Assembly (NCBI GenBank): GCA_965222895.1
Contig: CBDCVB010000002.1
Coordinates: 1,349,663-1,413,662, forward strand
Length of the DNA stretch: 64,000 nt
DNA from: Dehalococcoidia bacterium
GTDB lineage: Bacteria > Chloroflexota > Dehalococcoidia > Lucifugimonadales > UBA3495
Reading direction: 5' to 3'
Position numbers and translations under genes: made by a program. The notes below the pieces were generated by a model. It worked only from the letters and a program-made list of their open reading frames with translations, was not told the DNA's origin and did not search any database. The first letter of the stretch is position 1. Each line of letters begins with the position of its first letter. Shown piece by piece: positions 12,219 through 22,723 of the stretch.

Positions 12219-12427
12219 GCGTACCCACTTTGTCATTGCGGGCGTAGCGTGGTAATTCCGTCGCCTTGGCAGCGGTGGTTCGTCGACGTGTGTTCAACCT
12301 CATCGAGATTGCCACGTCGCTATGCTCCTCGCAATGACAGATTAATTTGCGAGATTGCCACGTCCCTCGACGAGCTCGGGATGACCGGGCTCTCCTCGCA
12401 ATGACAGATTAAAAAGTATGCACGCGT
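12219..12427. repeat. MITE-like dispersed repeat, copy A (about 209 bp, carries an extra internal unit)
   Basis: The ends GCGTACCCACTTTGTCATTGCG (12219-12240) and ..CTCGCAATGACAGATTAAAAAGTATGCACGC form terminal inverted repeats. The whole element aligns in reverse orientation to 32988-33146. The internal unit GAGATTGCCACG..CTCGCAATGACAGATTAA occurs twice (12305-12345 and 12351-12413). Confidence 0.85.
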
Positions 12428-12560
12428 GGCGCAGCTGGTTGATTGACACGACATACCGTGGGGCGCAAAATGGCCGTAAATGCGAGGTGACCGAATGCCC
12501 CGCCCGTTGCTAAATGAACGGAAATGCACGCCTGCATTTCCCGCTGGAGGAGGTCCTGAT

Positions 12561-13730
12561 ATGGCGTTTCCCGACCGAATGAAGTTTGGCATCTTCCTCG
12601 GACCATTCCACCGCGTTGGTGAGAACCCCACTTTGGCCATCGAACGCGACTTGGAACTGGTGGAATGGCTGGACAAGCTGGGGTTCGATGAGGCGTGGGT
12701 GGGCGAGCACCACAGCGCCGGCTGGGAGATTATCTCTTCCCCGGAGGTATTCATCGCCGCCGCCGCCCAGCGCACCAACCGTATCAAGCTGGGTACCGGC
12801 GTCGTCAGCTTGCCTTACCACCACCCGCTGATGGTGGCGAACCGCATGGTGCAACTGGACCACATGACCTACGGGCGCGTGCTCTTCGGCGTCGGGCCGG
12901 GCGCCCTGCCCGGCGACGCTTACATGATGGGCATTCCTCACGAATTGCAGCGTGAGCGCATGGACGAGTCGCTGGGCATCATCCTGCGCCTGTTCACCGA
13001 AACCGAGCCAATCACCTACAAGAGCGACTGGTTCGAGCTCAAGGAGGGCCTGCTCCAGCTGCGGCCCTATCAGCGTCCGTATATGCACACCGCAGTAGCC
13101 TCGGTACAATCTCCGGCCGGCGTAACCCTGGCTGGCAAACACGGCTGCTCGGTCTTGACCATTACCGTGCCGAGAGATCCCTCCGCCGGTCCCTCCGACT
13201 TGCAGGGACTGTGGAACATAGCTGAAGAGTCCGCCGCCGAGCATGGGCAGATCATGAACCGCGATGATTGGCGGTTAGTGCTCCCGTGCCACCTGGCCGA
13301 GTCAAGGGAGGAAGCCCTGAACGATGCCCGGCTCGGCGCGGGCCGCTACCTGCGGGAATACAGCGAGGGCACCAACGGCCGCAAGCCGGTTTTCGATGGC
13401 CCGCTGGACAAGGTGATTGACCACATGGCCGACACCGGCAGCTGGATTATCGGCACTCCCGACGACTGCATCGAAGCCATTGAGCGGTTGGGTGAGCAGA
13501 GCGGCGGCTTTGGCGCGTTCTTGGTTCAGACCATCGACTGGGCGCCCCGGGAAAAGATGATGCGCAGCTATGAATTGATGGCCCGCTACGTTATGCCTCA
13601 CTTCCAGGGCAGTGTGCTCAGCACGGTGGCTTCCAATCAGTGGGCCACGGAGCGGCAGGACGAGCTGGTCGGCGGCCGGGTTCGCGCCCTCGACCGGGCC
13701 AGGGAGGCTTATGCTCAGCGCCCGGCATAA
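12561..13730 (+). CDS. LLM-class (luciferase-like) flavin/F420-dependent oxidoreductase
   Basis: MAFPDRMKFGIFLGPFH..LELVEWLDKLGFDEAWVGEHHSAGWEIISSPEVFIAAAAQRTNRIKLGTGVVSLPYHHPLMVANRMVQLDHMTYGRVLFGVGPG. GGAGGAGG lies upstream of ATG 12561. Confidence 0.85.
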   Translation: MAFPDRMKFGIFLGPFHRVGENPTLAIERDLELVEWLDKLGFDEAWVGEHHSAGWEIISSPEVFIAAAAQRTNRIKLGTGVVSLPYHHPLMVANRMVQLDHMTYGRVLFGVGPGALPGDAYMMGIPHELQRERMDESLGIILRLFTETEPITYKSDWFELKEGLLQLRPYQRPYMHTAVASVQSPAGVTLAGKHGCSVLTITVPRDPSAGPSDLQGLWNIAEESAAEHGQIMNRDDWRLVLPCHLAESREEALNDARLGAGRYLREYSEGTNGRKPVFDGPLDKVIDHMADTGSWIIGTPDDCIEAIERLGEQSGGFGAFLVQTIDWAPREKMMRSYELMARYVMPHFQGSVLSTVASNQWATERQDELVGGRVRALDRAREAYAQRPA

Positions 13731-13814
13731 TCCGGGTTAGCGCCAGGCCATCGCGCACAAAGGCGAACGCAGCCGATGCTGTTCCGCATTGCGTGGTTCA
13801 GTTGCGGGGACAAT

Positions 13815-13841
13815 GAGGGGCAACCGCTATGGTTGCCCCTC
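13815..13841. terminator. bidirectional hairpin terminator between convergent genes
   Basis: Perfect 11-bp stem GAGGGGCAACC / GGTTGCCCCTC with a 5-nt loop, lying between the LLM gene (+) and thuA-like gene (-). Confidence 0.6.
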
Positions 13842-13893
13842 ACTTGGTCAACAAGCAAACCCCTTCGATACCCGGATTTGCCCGGATTTTCGA

Positions 13894-14598
13894 TTAAACC
13901 GCTGCTCGCACCGCAGCCCATTCCACGCCGTTGAGGACGATCCGCTGGAACTCGGCGGTCTCAAAGCTGCGGCCATCGTGCCCCAGGAGCAGGACGAAGA
14001 CGTTGCCCTCTCCATATTGGCGGGTCCAACCGAGGGGATAGGTGCCGCCCGGCATAAACTGAGGGTTCCGGTCGGGGCCCCAGGGGTAGGTGCCGTCTTC
14101 GGCAGCGCCGGTGAGGAAGACATTGTTTCCCTCTTTCAGCGCCAGCCCCATGTACAGTTCGTCGTTAGTGGAAAAGTCCGCAACGCCCGAGACTCCTGGG
14201 TGGCCGCCATCGCTAATGTTGACCGTGAATTCGCCGTAAGGGGGGTGGAAGCTGGTGCCGGAAATCCACCCGCCGCCGGTGATGTCGTGGTATTCGGGCC
14301 ACGTCGCAGCTACGCAGGTGGCGATGTGGATGCAGACGAACCCCTTGCCGCCGCTCACAAAGTCTCGCAGGCCCTCCTGCTGCGGCGTGGTCAGAGACCA
14401 GTCGCCAAAGTCCGGGACGTTCTCCCGGCGCGTGTTGAAAATCAAAACGTCATAGCCGCTCATTGCAGAGCGGTCGGCCAGTACCGACCCATCCTCGGTT
14501 ACCGTTACCTCGTGACCTGCCCCGTTGAGAAAAGACTCCAATATCGGCGTCGATTCCTCGTAGGGATGACGACCCCCAGACACTACCAAAAGCCTCAT
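13894..14598 (-). CDS. ThuA domain-containing protein
   Basis: MRLLVVSGGRHPYEES..YDVLIFNT..GKGFVCIHIA..WPEYHDITGGGW..HPPYGEFTV..PLGWTRQYGEGNVFVLLLGHD fits the ThuA (trehalose utilisation) fold pattern. Confidence 0.8.
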   Translation of the reverse strand: MRLLVVSGGRHPYEESTPILESFLNGAGHEVTVTEDGSVLADRSAMSGYDVLIFNTRRENVPDFGDWSLTTPQQEGLRDFVSGGKGFVCIHIATCVAATWPEYHDITGGGWISGTSFHPPYGEFTVNISDGGHPGVSGVADFSTNDELYMGLALKEGNNVFLTGAAEDGTYPWGPDRNPQFMPGGTYPLGWTRQYGEGNVFVLLLGHDGRSFETAEFQRIVLNGVEWAAVRAAV

Positions 14599-14754
14599 AA
14601 TCTGATACCTCCATCCAAGTGCCGGGTATTGTAGGTTCCCCGGCCGTCGGTGGCAAATCCCGGCGACGGGCCGATAGTATTTTGCCGAATTGCTGGGCCG
14701 GTTTGTTGTTGCAGGGGTGTGTCCTGCGACGGCGAAGGCGAGGATCAGGCGACG

Positions 14755-16194
14755 TTATACTCGATTGCCCCAGTCGATGTAACGTGTGTTACCGACGGCG
14801 CTAATCTGGATTTCCTGACGGTAATCGCCGGTTTCGGCGTGATGGTTGGTTGTTACGGCATCGAGCGGGGCGGGAGCTGCGCCAGCCAGGGCTTCTTTCA
14901 GGACCCGTCCGTCCATCAAGTTGCCGGCGGGCGCGATGCCCAGCAGGTGAAGCACCGTGGGGGCGACGTCGATGTTTCCTGAAGGTGTGTCGATGACTGA
15001 CCCGTTGCGGAAGGAAGGGCCGCGCGCCAGGCCGACGTTGCGCAGTTCGTGGCGGCTCATGCTGCCGTGCTGGCCCTGGCCGACCTTGCCTCCGGTTGAC
15101 GGGGCGTGGCCTGGGTAACCGGCCAGGTTGGCTTCGCTGTCCCAACGGAAGGACATGGCAAGGTCGGGAGAGCGTGGGCCGTCGCAACCGATGAGGGCTG
15201 TGGGAAGTGTGCCGGCAATGTGCCCGAGCGGTTCGGCGGCGCATAGCGTGCCGCACCAGGGTTGCGAGGTCAGCCAGCGGGTTAGCCTGGCGGCGGCGGT
15301 GGCGTCCTGGTGGTTGATATAAAAGAGAGCCGAGCCGCCGTTATTCGCCACTGCAACGCCGCCGGTTTGGGTGATCGCCGGGAACCCGGCATCCCGTAGC
15401 ATCGCCTCGACAGGTACGGTTTCGCTGATCGTGGAATATCCGTGGTCAGAGAGGACGATTATATCGGTGGATTGCGAGCGGCCGCTATCGTCCAGGTAGT
15501 CCATCAGATTGCCGAACTCGGCATCGGCTTCGGCCAACGCCGAGACCACCTGACCCATCCCAACGCCGAACTCGTGCTGCGACTTGTCAGGCTCGGACGA
15601 CCACAGCAGAGCAACGGCCGGGTTGCGTTCGGTCAGGATGTATTCGGTCAGGATACGGCGGGCGTGGCTGAGGCGCGGTGTGTTGGGCAAATCCGGCTCC
15701 GGCCACGCGCCGAATCGGGCAGCTAACTCCGAGTGCAGCGGGCGCGGGAGGGTGAAATCGGGATGAATGGTTGCTCCGCCCGAGGTTGCGGCGTTGGGGT
15801 TGTGCAGGTAGGCGTTGCCGCTGGTGCCGGTACCGATGGCGACGTATTCCCGCCCGTGGTGCGCCAGTGTATCAGCCAGGATGGGAGCCAGCAGGACCGG
15901 CAGTCGGGCATCGGCCATGGACTGAAGCGTTGGTTCCAGCGCGCCAATGATGCGGGTTGGGTCGAAGTCGCGCGCGAGGAATGTGTTGGCGGACAACCCG
16001 TGCCGGCCCGGCGAGCAACCCGTAACTAGCGAAGACACGTTGGCACGGGTTACCGTCGGGTAGGCTGGGTGATGATTCTGGAACCGCACGCCGTCGCTGG
16101 CGAATTTTGCCAGATTGGGCATCAAGACCGGCGTGATTTGCGACGGCTGCAAACCGTCGAATACGATGATGAGGACGGAACCGGTTTGATCCAT
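14755..16194 (-). CDS. alkaline phosphatase family protein (type I phosphodiesterase / nucleotide pyrophosphatase-like)
   Basis: VLIIVFDGLQPSQITPVLMPNLAKFASDGVRFQNHHPAYPTVTRANVSSLVTG..HG.. and ..IIVLSDHGYS are the metal-ligand and nucleophile-Thr motifs of the family. Confidence 0.8.
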   Translation of the reverse strand: MDQTGSVLIIVFDGLQPSQITPVLMPNLAKFASDGVRFQNHHPAYPTVTRANVSSLVTGCSPGRHGLSANTFLARDFDPTRIIGALEPTLQSMADARLPVLLAPILADTLAHHGREYVAIGTGTSGNAYLHNPNAATSGGATIHPDFTLPRPLHSELAARFGAWPEPDLPNTPRLSHARRILTEYILTERNPAVALLWSSEPDKSQHEFGVGMGQVVSALAEADAEFGNLMDYLDDSGRSQSTDIIVLSDHGYSTISETVPVEAMLRDAGFPAITQTGGVAVANNGGSALFYINHQDATAAARLTRWLTSQPWCGTLCAAEPLGHIAGTLPTALIGCDGPRSPDLAMSFRWDSEANLAGYPGHAPSTGGKVGQGQHGSMSRHELRNVGLARGPSFRNGSVIDTPSGNIDVAPTVLHLLGIAPAGNLMDGRVLKEALAGAAPAPLDAVTTNHHAETGDYRQEIQISAVGNTRYIDWGNRV

Positions 16195-16231
16195 TGGTGT
16201 TAGCCTCTAATGCCAGATGCGTCGCGACGGG

Positions 16232-17173
16232 TTACCGCCACTCTAACAGGTTGCCGATGACATTAAGGGCTCGTTGGCTGTCCACGCCTTCGGCAGCGGA
16301 CACCGATATTGAGCCGGCGGCGGCGTTGGTGATGCGGCAGTGTCCCCACTCGGATGGATTATCGGTGGTGTCGGAGTCGTCGACGGCCAGCGTTACCCGG
16401 CGCATCCGGAGGACGTTTGAGTCTATGGCCGCGGCGACCGCTAGCGGGTCGTAGAGGTTGAAGCGTTCTCGGCCAGCGTCTTTGCGGAACCAACCGGCCA
16501 GCATTTCTGCCGCCAGTGTACCGGCCTTGCTGGCGCCGGTGATGCCGTGCAGCTGCGTTCGGGAGAAATACACCCGGCGGCAGGGGGCGAGGTCAATCAG
16601 TTCGATGGGCAGTCCAGACTCGATGACCTGGCGGGCTGCGGTTGGGTCGCTGAAAAAGTTGAACTCTGAGTGAGGCGTGGCATTGCCGGGGGTCTCGACG
16701 GCTCCGCCCATGACCACGATGCGGCCGGCATCACGAAGCGCGGTGGGGTGTCGCCGTAGCAGGCGGGCCAGATTGGTCAACGGGCCCAGGGCAATTAGCG
16801 TTACGGGGTTGGTCGCTGCCGTGAGCGCATCGGCCAGGAATCGGACGGCTGATGTGTCGGAGGGCGGCGTGGTCGGTTCCGGCAAGCGTCGCGTGAGGCC
16901 GGCGGCAGAATGGACGTGGCGCGCGTAGGCGAATCGGCCACGGACGGGCCGGGCAGCGCCGCGAAACACCGGGACGTCGGTGCGCCCGACGTGCTCCAGC
17001 AGCGCCAAGGCGTTGCGCGTGGCGCGGGCCAGCGGAACGTTGCCGGCAGTAGTCGTTAGGCCAATCACTTCGAATTCAGGGCAGGAGAGGGCCATCAGGA
17101 TGGCGATGGCGTCGTCCACGCCGGGGTCGGTGTCAATGATGACCTGGGTTTGCTGCTGGCTAGATTGCAACAT
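16232..17173 (-). CDS. nucleoside hydrolase (IUNH family)
   Basis: MLQSSQQQTQVIIDTDPGVDDAIAILMAL contains the DxDxxxDD fingerprint. ATG 17173 overlaps the upstream stop by 1 nt (TGATG). The 5' extension of the ORF track to 17392 overlaps the upstream gene and is not used. Confidence 0.85.
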   Translation of the reverse strand: MLQSSQQQTQVIIDTDPGVDDAIAILMALSCPEFEVIGLTTTAGNVPLARATRNALALLEHVGRTDVPVFRGAARPVRGRFAYARHVHSAAGLTRRLPEPTTPPSDTSAVRFLADALTAATNPVTLIALGPLTNLARLLRRHPTALRDAGRIVVMGGAVETPGNATPHSEFNFFSDPTAARQVIESGLPIELIDLAPCRRVYFSRTQLHGITGASKAGTLAAEMLAGWFRKDAGRERFNLYDPLAVAAAIDSNVLRMRRVTLAVDDSDTTDNPSEWGHCRITNAAAGSISVSAAEGVDSQRALNVIGNLLEWR

Positions 17174-18144
17174 CAGCGGGTTGGGTCCGGTTCCATAAGC
17201 ACCGAGTGGCAGTAAGCCCTGAATGCCTGGCCGGAGGAATATTTGTAATTGAAATGGGCTTCCTGCTTGAACTTGGTGTTGCTGATTACCACTGGATGCT
17301 GAGTCGGGTCGCCGGCGTTCTTGAGCGATGGCGCCGGGCCGGATCCGGGGGATTCGCCGCTCCGGTTGGCGCGCGGCAGAGCGGATTGGCACGCGCTGGC
17401 AACGTCGTGCAGGAAGATCGATTTATCGCCGGCCAGATTGTAGATTCCGTACAAGCGGTGGTTGATGGTATTGCTGACGGCGCGGGCCAGGTCGTACTCG
17501 TGCAGGAACTGTAGCGGCGGGTTCTGCTTGCCGCCAGGGCGTATTGGGCGGGCGAAAAACTCCACTGCCGCCGGGCTGGCGCCGCTGGGCCCGACTGTCA
17601 TGGCAGTGCGAATCACGGCGACACGCATCTCCTCCGGAGGCGCCGGGATATTTTGCGGCCGGCGCGATTTGGGTTCGGCATAGGCGAGGCGCCGGTGGGC
17701 CGGCATTGGGTCGGTATCGGCACGCTCGGTGACGGGCATGGGCTGGTCCGGCTTGATGCCGTAGACGCGGTAATCGGACAGGTAGATGAACTGGCGCACA
17801 CCGGCGCGGCGGCTGGCATCCACCCACCGGGGAGTTTGTTCCAGGAAGCTGGCGGGACCAGCGCCGTCGTAGTGGCTGCCGACGTAAATCAGCGAATCCA
17901 CCGATTCCAGTTCCAACAGGTCGGGGATGTCGTCGACGGTGACGTTTTCGCCGGCATAGTCGCGGCCCATGCGGTGGGCCGATGCGCCGTGGACTGGCCA
18001 GCGCAGCGGCGCGTTGTCCAGGGCGACGAGTCGACAATCCGGCGATTCTGATTCCAGGTGCAGCAGGATTCTGGAACCAACCAGCGACGAAGAGCCGGCG
18101 ACGGCAATGACCTGGGTCGCTACGGGTGCGTTGCTGGTGGTCAT
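17173..18144 (-). CDS. NAD-dependent epimerase/dehydratase-type SDR family protein
   Basis: MTTSNAPVATQVIAVAGSSSLVGSRILLHL.. has a Rossmann-like N-terminus. Length about 323 aa; ATG at 18144. Confidence 0.6.
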   Translation of the reverse strand: MTTSNAPVATQVIAVAGSSSLVGSRILLHLESESPDCRLVALDNAPLRWPVHGASAHRMGRDYAGENVTVDDIPDLLELESVDSLIYVGSHYDGAGPASFLEQTPRWVDASRRAGVRQFIYLSDYRVYGIKPDQPMPVTERADTDPMPAHRRLAYAEPKSRRPQNIPAPPEEMRVAVIRTAMTVGPSGASPAAVEFFARPIRPGGKQNPPLQFLHEYDLARAVSNTINHRLYGIYNLAGDKSIFLHDVASACQSALPRANRSGESPGSGPAPSLKNAGDPTQHPVVISNTKFKQEAHFNYKYSSGQAFRAYCHSVLMEPDPTR

Positions 18145-18202
18145 GGCCGGATACTTGGCGTGGGGGGGTTGCGGACGGATTACGAACAGCGTCGGGGTTG
18201 CG

Positions 18203-18865
18203 TCACCGGCGGTCACGGTACATCTGTAGCTCGGTAGCGACGGCGTCGTCGGGCAGTGCAGCGGCGGCGCGGGGGCCGAAGTTGCGGGCAAGGACGAAGA
18301 TGTGAGCCAGTCGTTCAACCAGGTCGCACACTTCCAGAGCCTCCCAGATGTCTGGGCCGACGCCAACCACGCCATGGTTACGGAGCAGGGCGGCGTTGCG
18401 GTCGCCGAGGGCTGCGTAGGCCGCATCGGCCAGCAGTTGGGTGCCGGGGAAGGCGTAGTCGCTGACTTTAATTGGGCCGCCGATGGTCAGCAGCATCTCG
18501 TCAATCAAGGGCGGGATGTCGCGGCCAACCACGGCTGCAACCGAAGCGTAGATTGAATGGGTATGCACCACCGCCTGCACGTCGTCGCGACGGCGGTAGA
18601 TTTCGAGGTGCAGCTGCGTCTCCGAGGACGGGTTCATGCCGCCGGGGGAAACCGGCTTGCCGGCCAGGTCAACCACCACCAGTTCTTCGGGTTGCAGCCG
18701 GTAGTAGGGATGGTGCGTTGGCGTTACGAGCAGCAAGCCATCGTCGCCGACGCCGGTGAGGCGCAGGCTGGTGTTGCCGGAATAAGCTCCGACCAGTCCG
18801 CGGCGGTACATCTCCCGGGTGGCCTCGGTTAGGTCCTGACGCTGCGCTGCCCACTGGTCTACCAC
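18203..18865 (-). CDS. class II aldolase/adducin family protein
   Basis: ..YSGNTSLRL..VVHTHSIYASVAAVVG..ALLRNHGVVGVGPDIWEALEVCDLVERLAHIF. The start lies 3 nt after the hpnE stop. Confidence 0.8.
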   Translation of the reverse strand: MVDQWAAQRQDLTEATREMYRRGLVGAYSGNTSLRLTGVGDDGLLLVTPTHHPYYRLQPEELVVVDLAGKPVSPGGMNPSSETQLHLEIYRRRDDVQAVVHTHSIYASVAAVVGRDIPPLIDEMLLTIGGPIKVSDYAFPGTQLLADAAYAALGDRNAALLRNHGVVGVGPDIWEALEVCDLVERLAHIFVLARNFGPRAAAALPDDAVATELQMYRDRR

Positions 18866-18868
18866 GGC

Positions 18869-20268
18869 CTATGCTCCAAAAGGGTCCTCGTGCGGCGATG
18901 CAGAGTCGATTACCGCAGCAGCCGCATTATAGCCGCTGATGATGGCGCTCTCCATAGTGGAAGGCCAACCCGTGCGAGTCCATTCACCGGCCAGGAAAAA
19001 GTTGGGGACGGGAGTGATGGGGCCCGGTCGCAGGCGATTGGCGCCCGGGGTGCAGCGGAAGGTAGCGTTGGGCTGCTTGACCACGGTGGCCCGCAGCAGG
19101 GTGGCGCGCCGTGCGGCGGGGAAGGCGCGCCGCATCTCGGCGGCGATGGTTGCCGCCAGTTCAGCGCGGTCGGTATCAATGTGTTCCCAGGCGGCGCTGA
19201 TGGACACGGTGAGCAACTGGCTGGTGTCGCCGTCGGTTTGCCCTCGAATTACGGAACGATTGAACACCCACTGCAACGGGCTGTCCACGAAGTAGCAAAA
19301 ATCTCGTGACATTACGGGTGTGTCGTACTGGAGATGCACGTTCACAATGGGAGATGTTTGCAAGGTGAGCAGGCTGGGGAACGGTTCCAGGTCGATCAGA
19401 CTATCGGGAAGAACGTTGGGTAGCACCCAGAATGGTAGCGCGCAGACGTAGGCGTCCGCCGACAGGGTTTGGTCGTCGCCGACGGAAATGCTGCTCACCG
19501 TGTTGTTGTCACCGGTGTTGATGTCGCGCACCGGGCTACCCAACCACAGGTGAACGCCCAGGGATTCCAGGTGCCGCCGCGCGGGTTCTCCGATTGCATC
19601 GCCGAGAGCGACTTTCGGATAGCCAATGTTGGCGTCCTGGCGGCCATTCAGCAAGCCATCCTGAACGATCATCAGGCCCATGGCGGCGCTGACATCGCGG
19701 ATGTTGTCGTTCAATGTGCCCTCAATCAGCACGTTCCAAAGGTTGTAGATGGTGCGTTCCGACTGCCCGTGAGCGCGCAGCCAGTGATAGAAGGTGATGT
19801 TTTCCACGCTGGCGTCATTGCGCTGGGCGGACATTGCGGCGACGAGGCCGCGAATGGCTCGCATCTTGTCCCACAGGCCGAGGTGCGGGTAGGTCAGGAA
19901 GGCGGGTAGCAGGTGCGCCGGCGGTCGCAGGTTGACGCCGTAGAGTCGACCGCTTCGGCCACGGCGGTCGTAAATGGCGACATCGAGTGCGGATTGCAGG
20001 CTCCAGCTGTCCCAGACGCCAATTTGGCCGAGGAAGTCGATCAAATTCCGGCAGGCGCCGACGATGACGTGCTGGCCGTTGTCGATGGCATCGTCATCGT
20101 CGTCGGGGTCGCGGAAGGAGAAGGCCCGCCCGCCCAGCGACTTGCGAGCTTCGATGAGGGTCACCCCCCAGCCGGCTTCAGCGAGGCGAACCGACGCGGC
20201 GATACCGGCCAGTCCGCCGCCCAACACAATCGCAGTTGGTGAATTGCCGCGGCTGGGGTGGCGCGTGG

Positions 20269-20272
<4 letters not shown>
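18869..20272 (-). CDS. hpnE: hydroxysqualene dehydroxylase HpnE (FAD amine-oxidase/phytoene-desaturase-like)
   Basis: AIVLGGGLAGIAASVRLAEAGWGVTLIEARKSLGGRAFSF is a dinucleotide-binding motif. The gene is 467 aa, follows hpnC-hpnD, and its start overlaps the hpnD stop (20269-20272). Confidence 0.85.
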
Positions 20273-21161
<889 letters not shown>

Positions 21162-21165
<4 letters not shown>

Positions 21166-22187
21166 CGGGACGTGTCCGCGGTGGGCAGGCCGTAGCCGAA
21201 GCCGAGCAGGTTGCCCAGCCACGCCGATGCCAGCAGCCATCCCTTGCGCCCTTTGGACAGCCTGGGCCGGCGCGTTAGCACGTCGTAGTCCTGCCGGTGG
21301 ATAGCTTCCAGGACGGCCACGCCGCCGCGGGTAAAGAGGGCTATCGGCAGGCGGGCGCGGCGGTCCAGCGTCTCAATCAGCGGGGCGCCCCTCCCGAACA
21401 GGTGCATTGCCACGGCGCATTCGTAGTGGAGCAGAGCGCGGAAGGCATCGGTTGGGGACCCGGCGGCGAGGTCGGCTTCGGTTACTCCGAAACGGGCCAG
21501 GTCGTGCTGTGGAATGTAGATGCGACCCCGGTCGCGATAGTCGCGTGCCACATCCTGCCAGAAGTTGGTGAGTTGGAGGGCGGTGCAGGTGAAGTCGGCA
21601 AGGCGCTGCCGCTCGGGATCGCTGTAGTCGAACAGGTGCAGATACAGATGGCCCACCGGGTTCGCGGAATGTTCGCAGTAGTGCAGCACGTCATCGTGAG
21701 ACGCGAACCGGCCGTTGCCCTGATCCATACGGTTGGCGTGAATCAGCTTGCGGAAAGGGTCGGGCGGGATGGTGAACTGGGCTACCGTGCTCTGCAACGC
21801 AATGTTGACCGGGTGAGTGGGCTGGCCGTGGTAGACGGCATCTAGTTCTGATTCCCACCAATCGAGGCGGGCCAGGCGGTGTTGGGCAATGTCGGCATCG
21901 AGATGTCCGGGCTGGGGCAGGTCAGTGGAGTGTGCCTCGGGTAGTGTCTCGTCGCCGAGGTCGTCGACGGTGCGACACCAGGCGTAGATGGTGTGGATAT
22001 GGGGCAGTTTGTCCCGGGGCGTAATCCAGCCGCCGACATTGAAGTTTTCGTAATGACTGCGGGCCAGTTGGGCGCAGTAGTCCCGGGCCTGCTCGACGGT
22101 GGGCAGCCGAGCAGCGTCTGGCAGCCCGGATGAAATGGCGCTGGCGATGTCAGTGTCGGTGTCGGTTGTGGCAGACATAACATTCAA
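21162..22187 (-). CDS. hpnC: hydroxysqualene synthase HpnC (squalene synthase family)
   Basis: ARSHYENFNVGGWITPRDKLPHIHTIYAWCRTVDDLGDE and LQLTNFWQDVARDYRDRGRIYIPQHD. Confidence 0.85.
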
Positions 22188-22203
22188 CTGCGGGGCTGGA
22201 GGG

Positions 22204-22656
22204 TCAGTCTCCGACGATCTGGAGCATTACCTCGCGGGGCCGGGGGTGATCCAGCTCGATGAAGAAGATGCTCTGCCACCGGCCAAAGGGCAGCTTGCCG
22301 TTGATGAGGGGAATGGTTTCGCTGCAACCCAGCATCAGATGCTGGAGGTGGGCGTGGCCGTTGGGCGATTCATTCTCGTTCATGTTGACGGTGCGGATGG
22401 TGAAGTCGTTGTGTCGGTAGTCGCCATAGCGCGGGCACATCTGCTCCAGGAAGCGCGTCATGTCTTCAATCAATAACGGCTCATTCTCATTAATCTTCAC
22501 CGCCGCCGTGGTGTGGCGGGAGTAAACAACGACAAAGCCGTTGCTGACGTGGGATTTGCCGACACATTGCTTGACCCAATCGGTGATGTCGATGAACTGG
22601 GGAGCGTCGTCCGTGTTGACTTTCAGGGTGAAGTTTTTGGTTTTCATAACCTTCAT
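22204..22656 (-). CDS. YjbQ/UPF0047 family protein (secondary thiamine-phosphate synthase-like)
   Basis: ..FIDITDWVKQCVGKSHVSNGFVVVYSRHTTAAVKINENEPLLIEDM..NGHAHLQHLMLGCSETIPLINGKLPFGRWQSIFFIELD. The start is at MKVMKTKNF. Confidence 0.8.
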   Translation of the reverse strand: MKVMKTKNFTLKVNTDDAPQFIDITDWVKQCVGKSHVSNGFVVVYSRHTTAAVKINENEPLLIEDMTRFLEQMCPRYGDYRHNDFTIRTVNMNENESPNGHAHLQHLMLGCSETIPLINGKLPFGRWQSIFFIELDHPRPREVMLQIVGD

Positions 22657-22723
22657 AAACAGGCTGGTATGAGTCGATAATTGTTGGTACTGACGATGTT
22701 GTACCGGCGGACGGGGACGAAGT

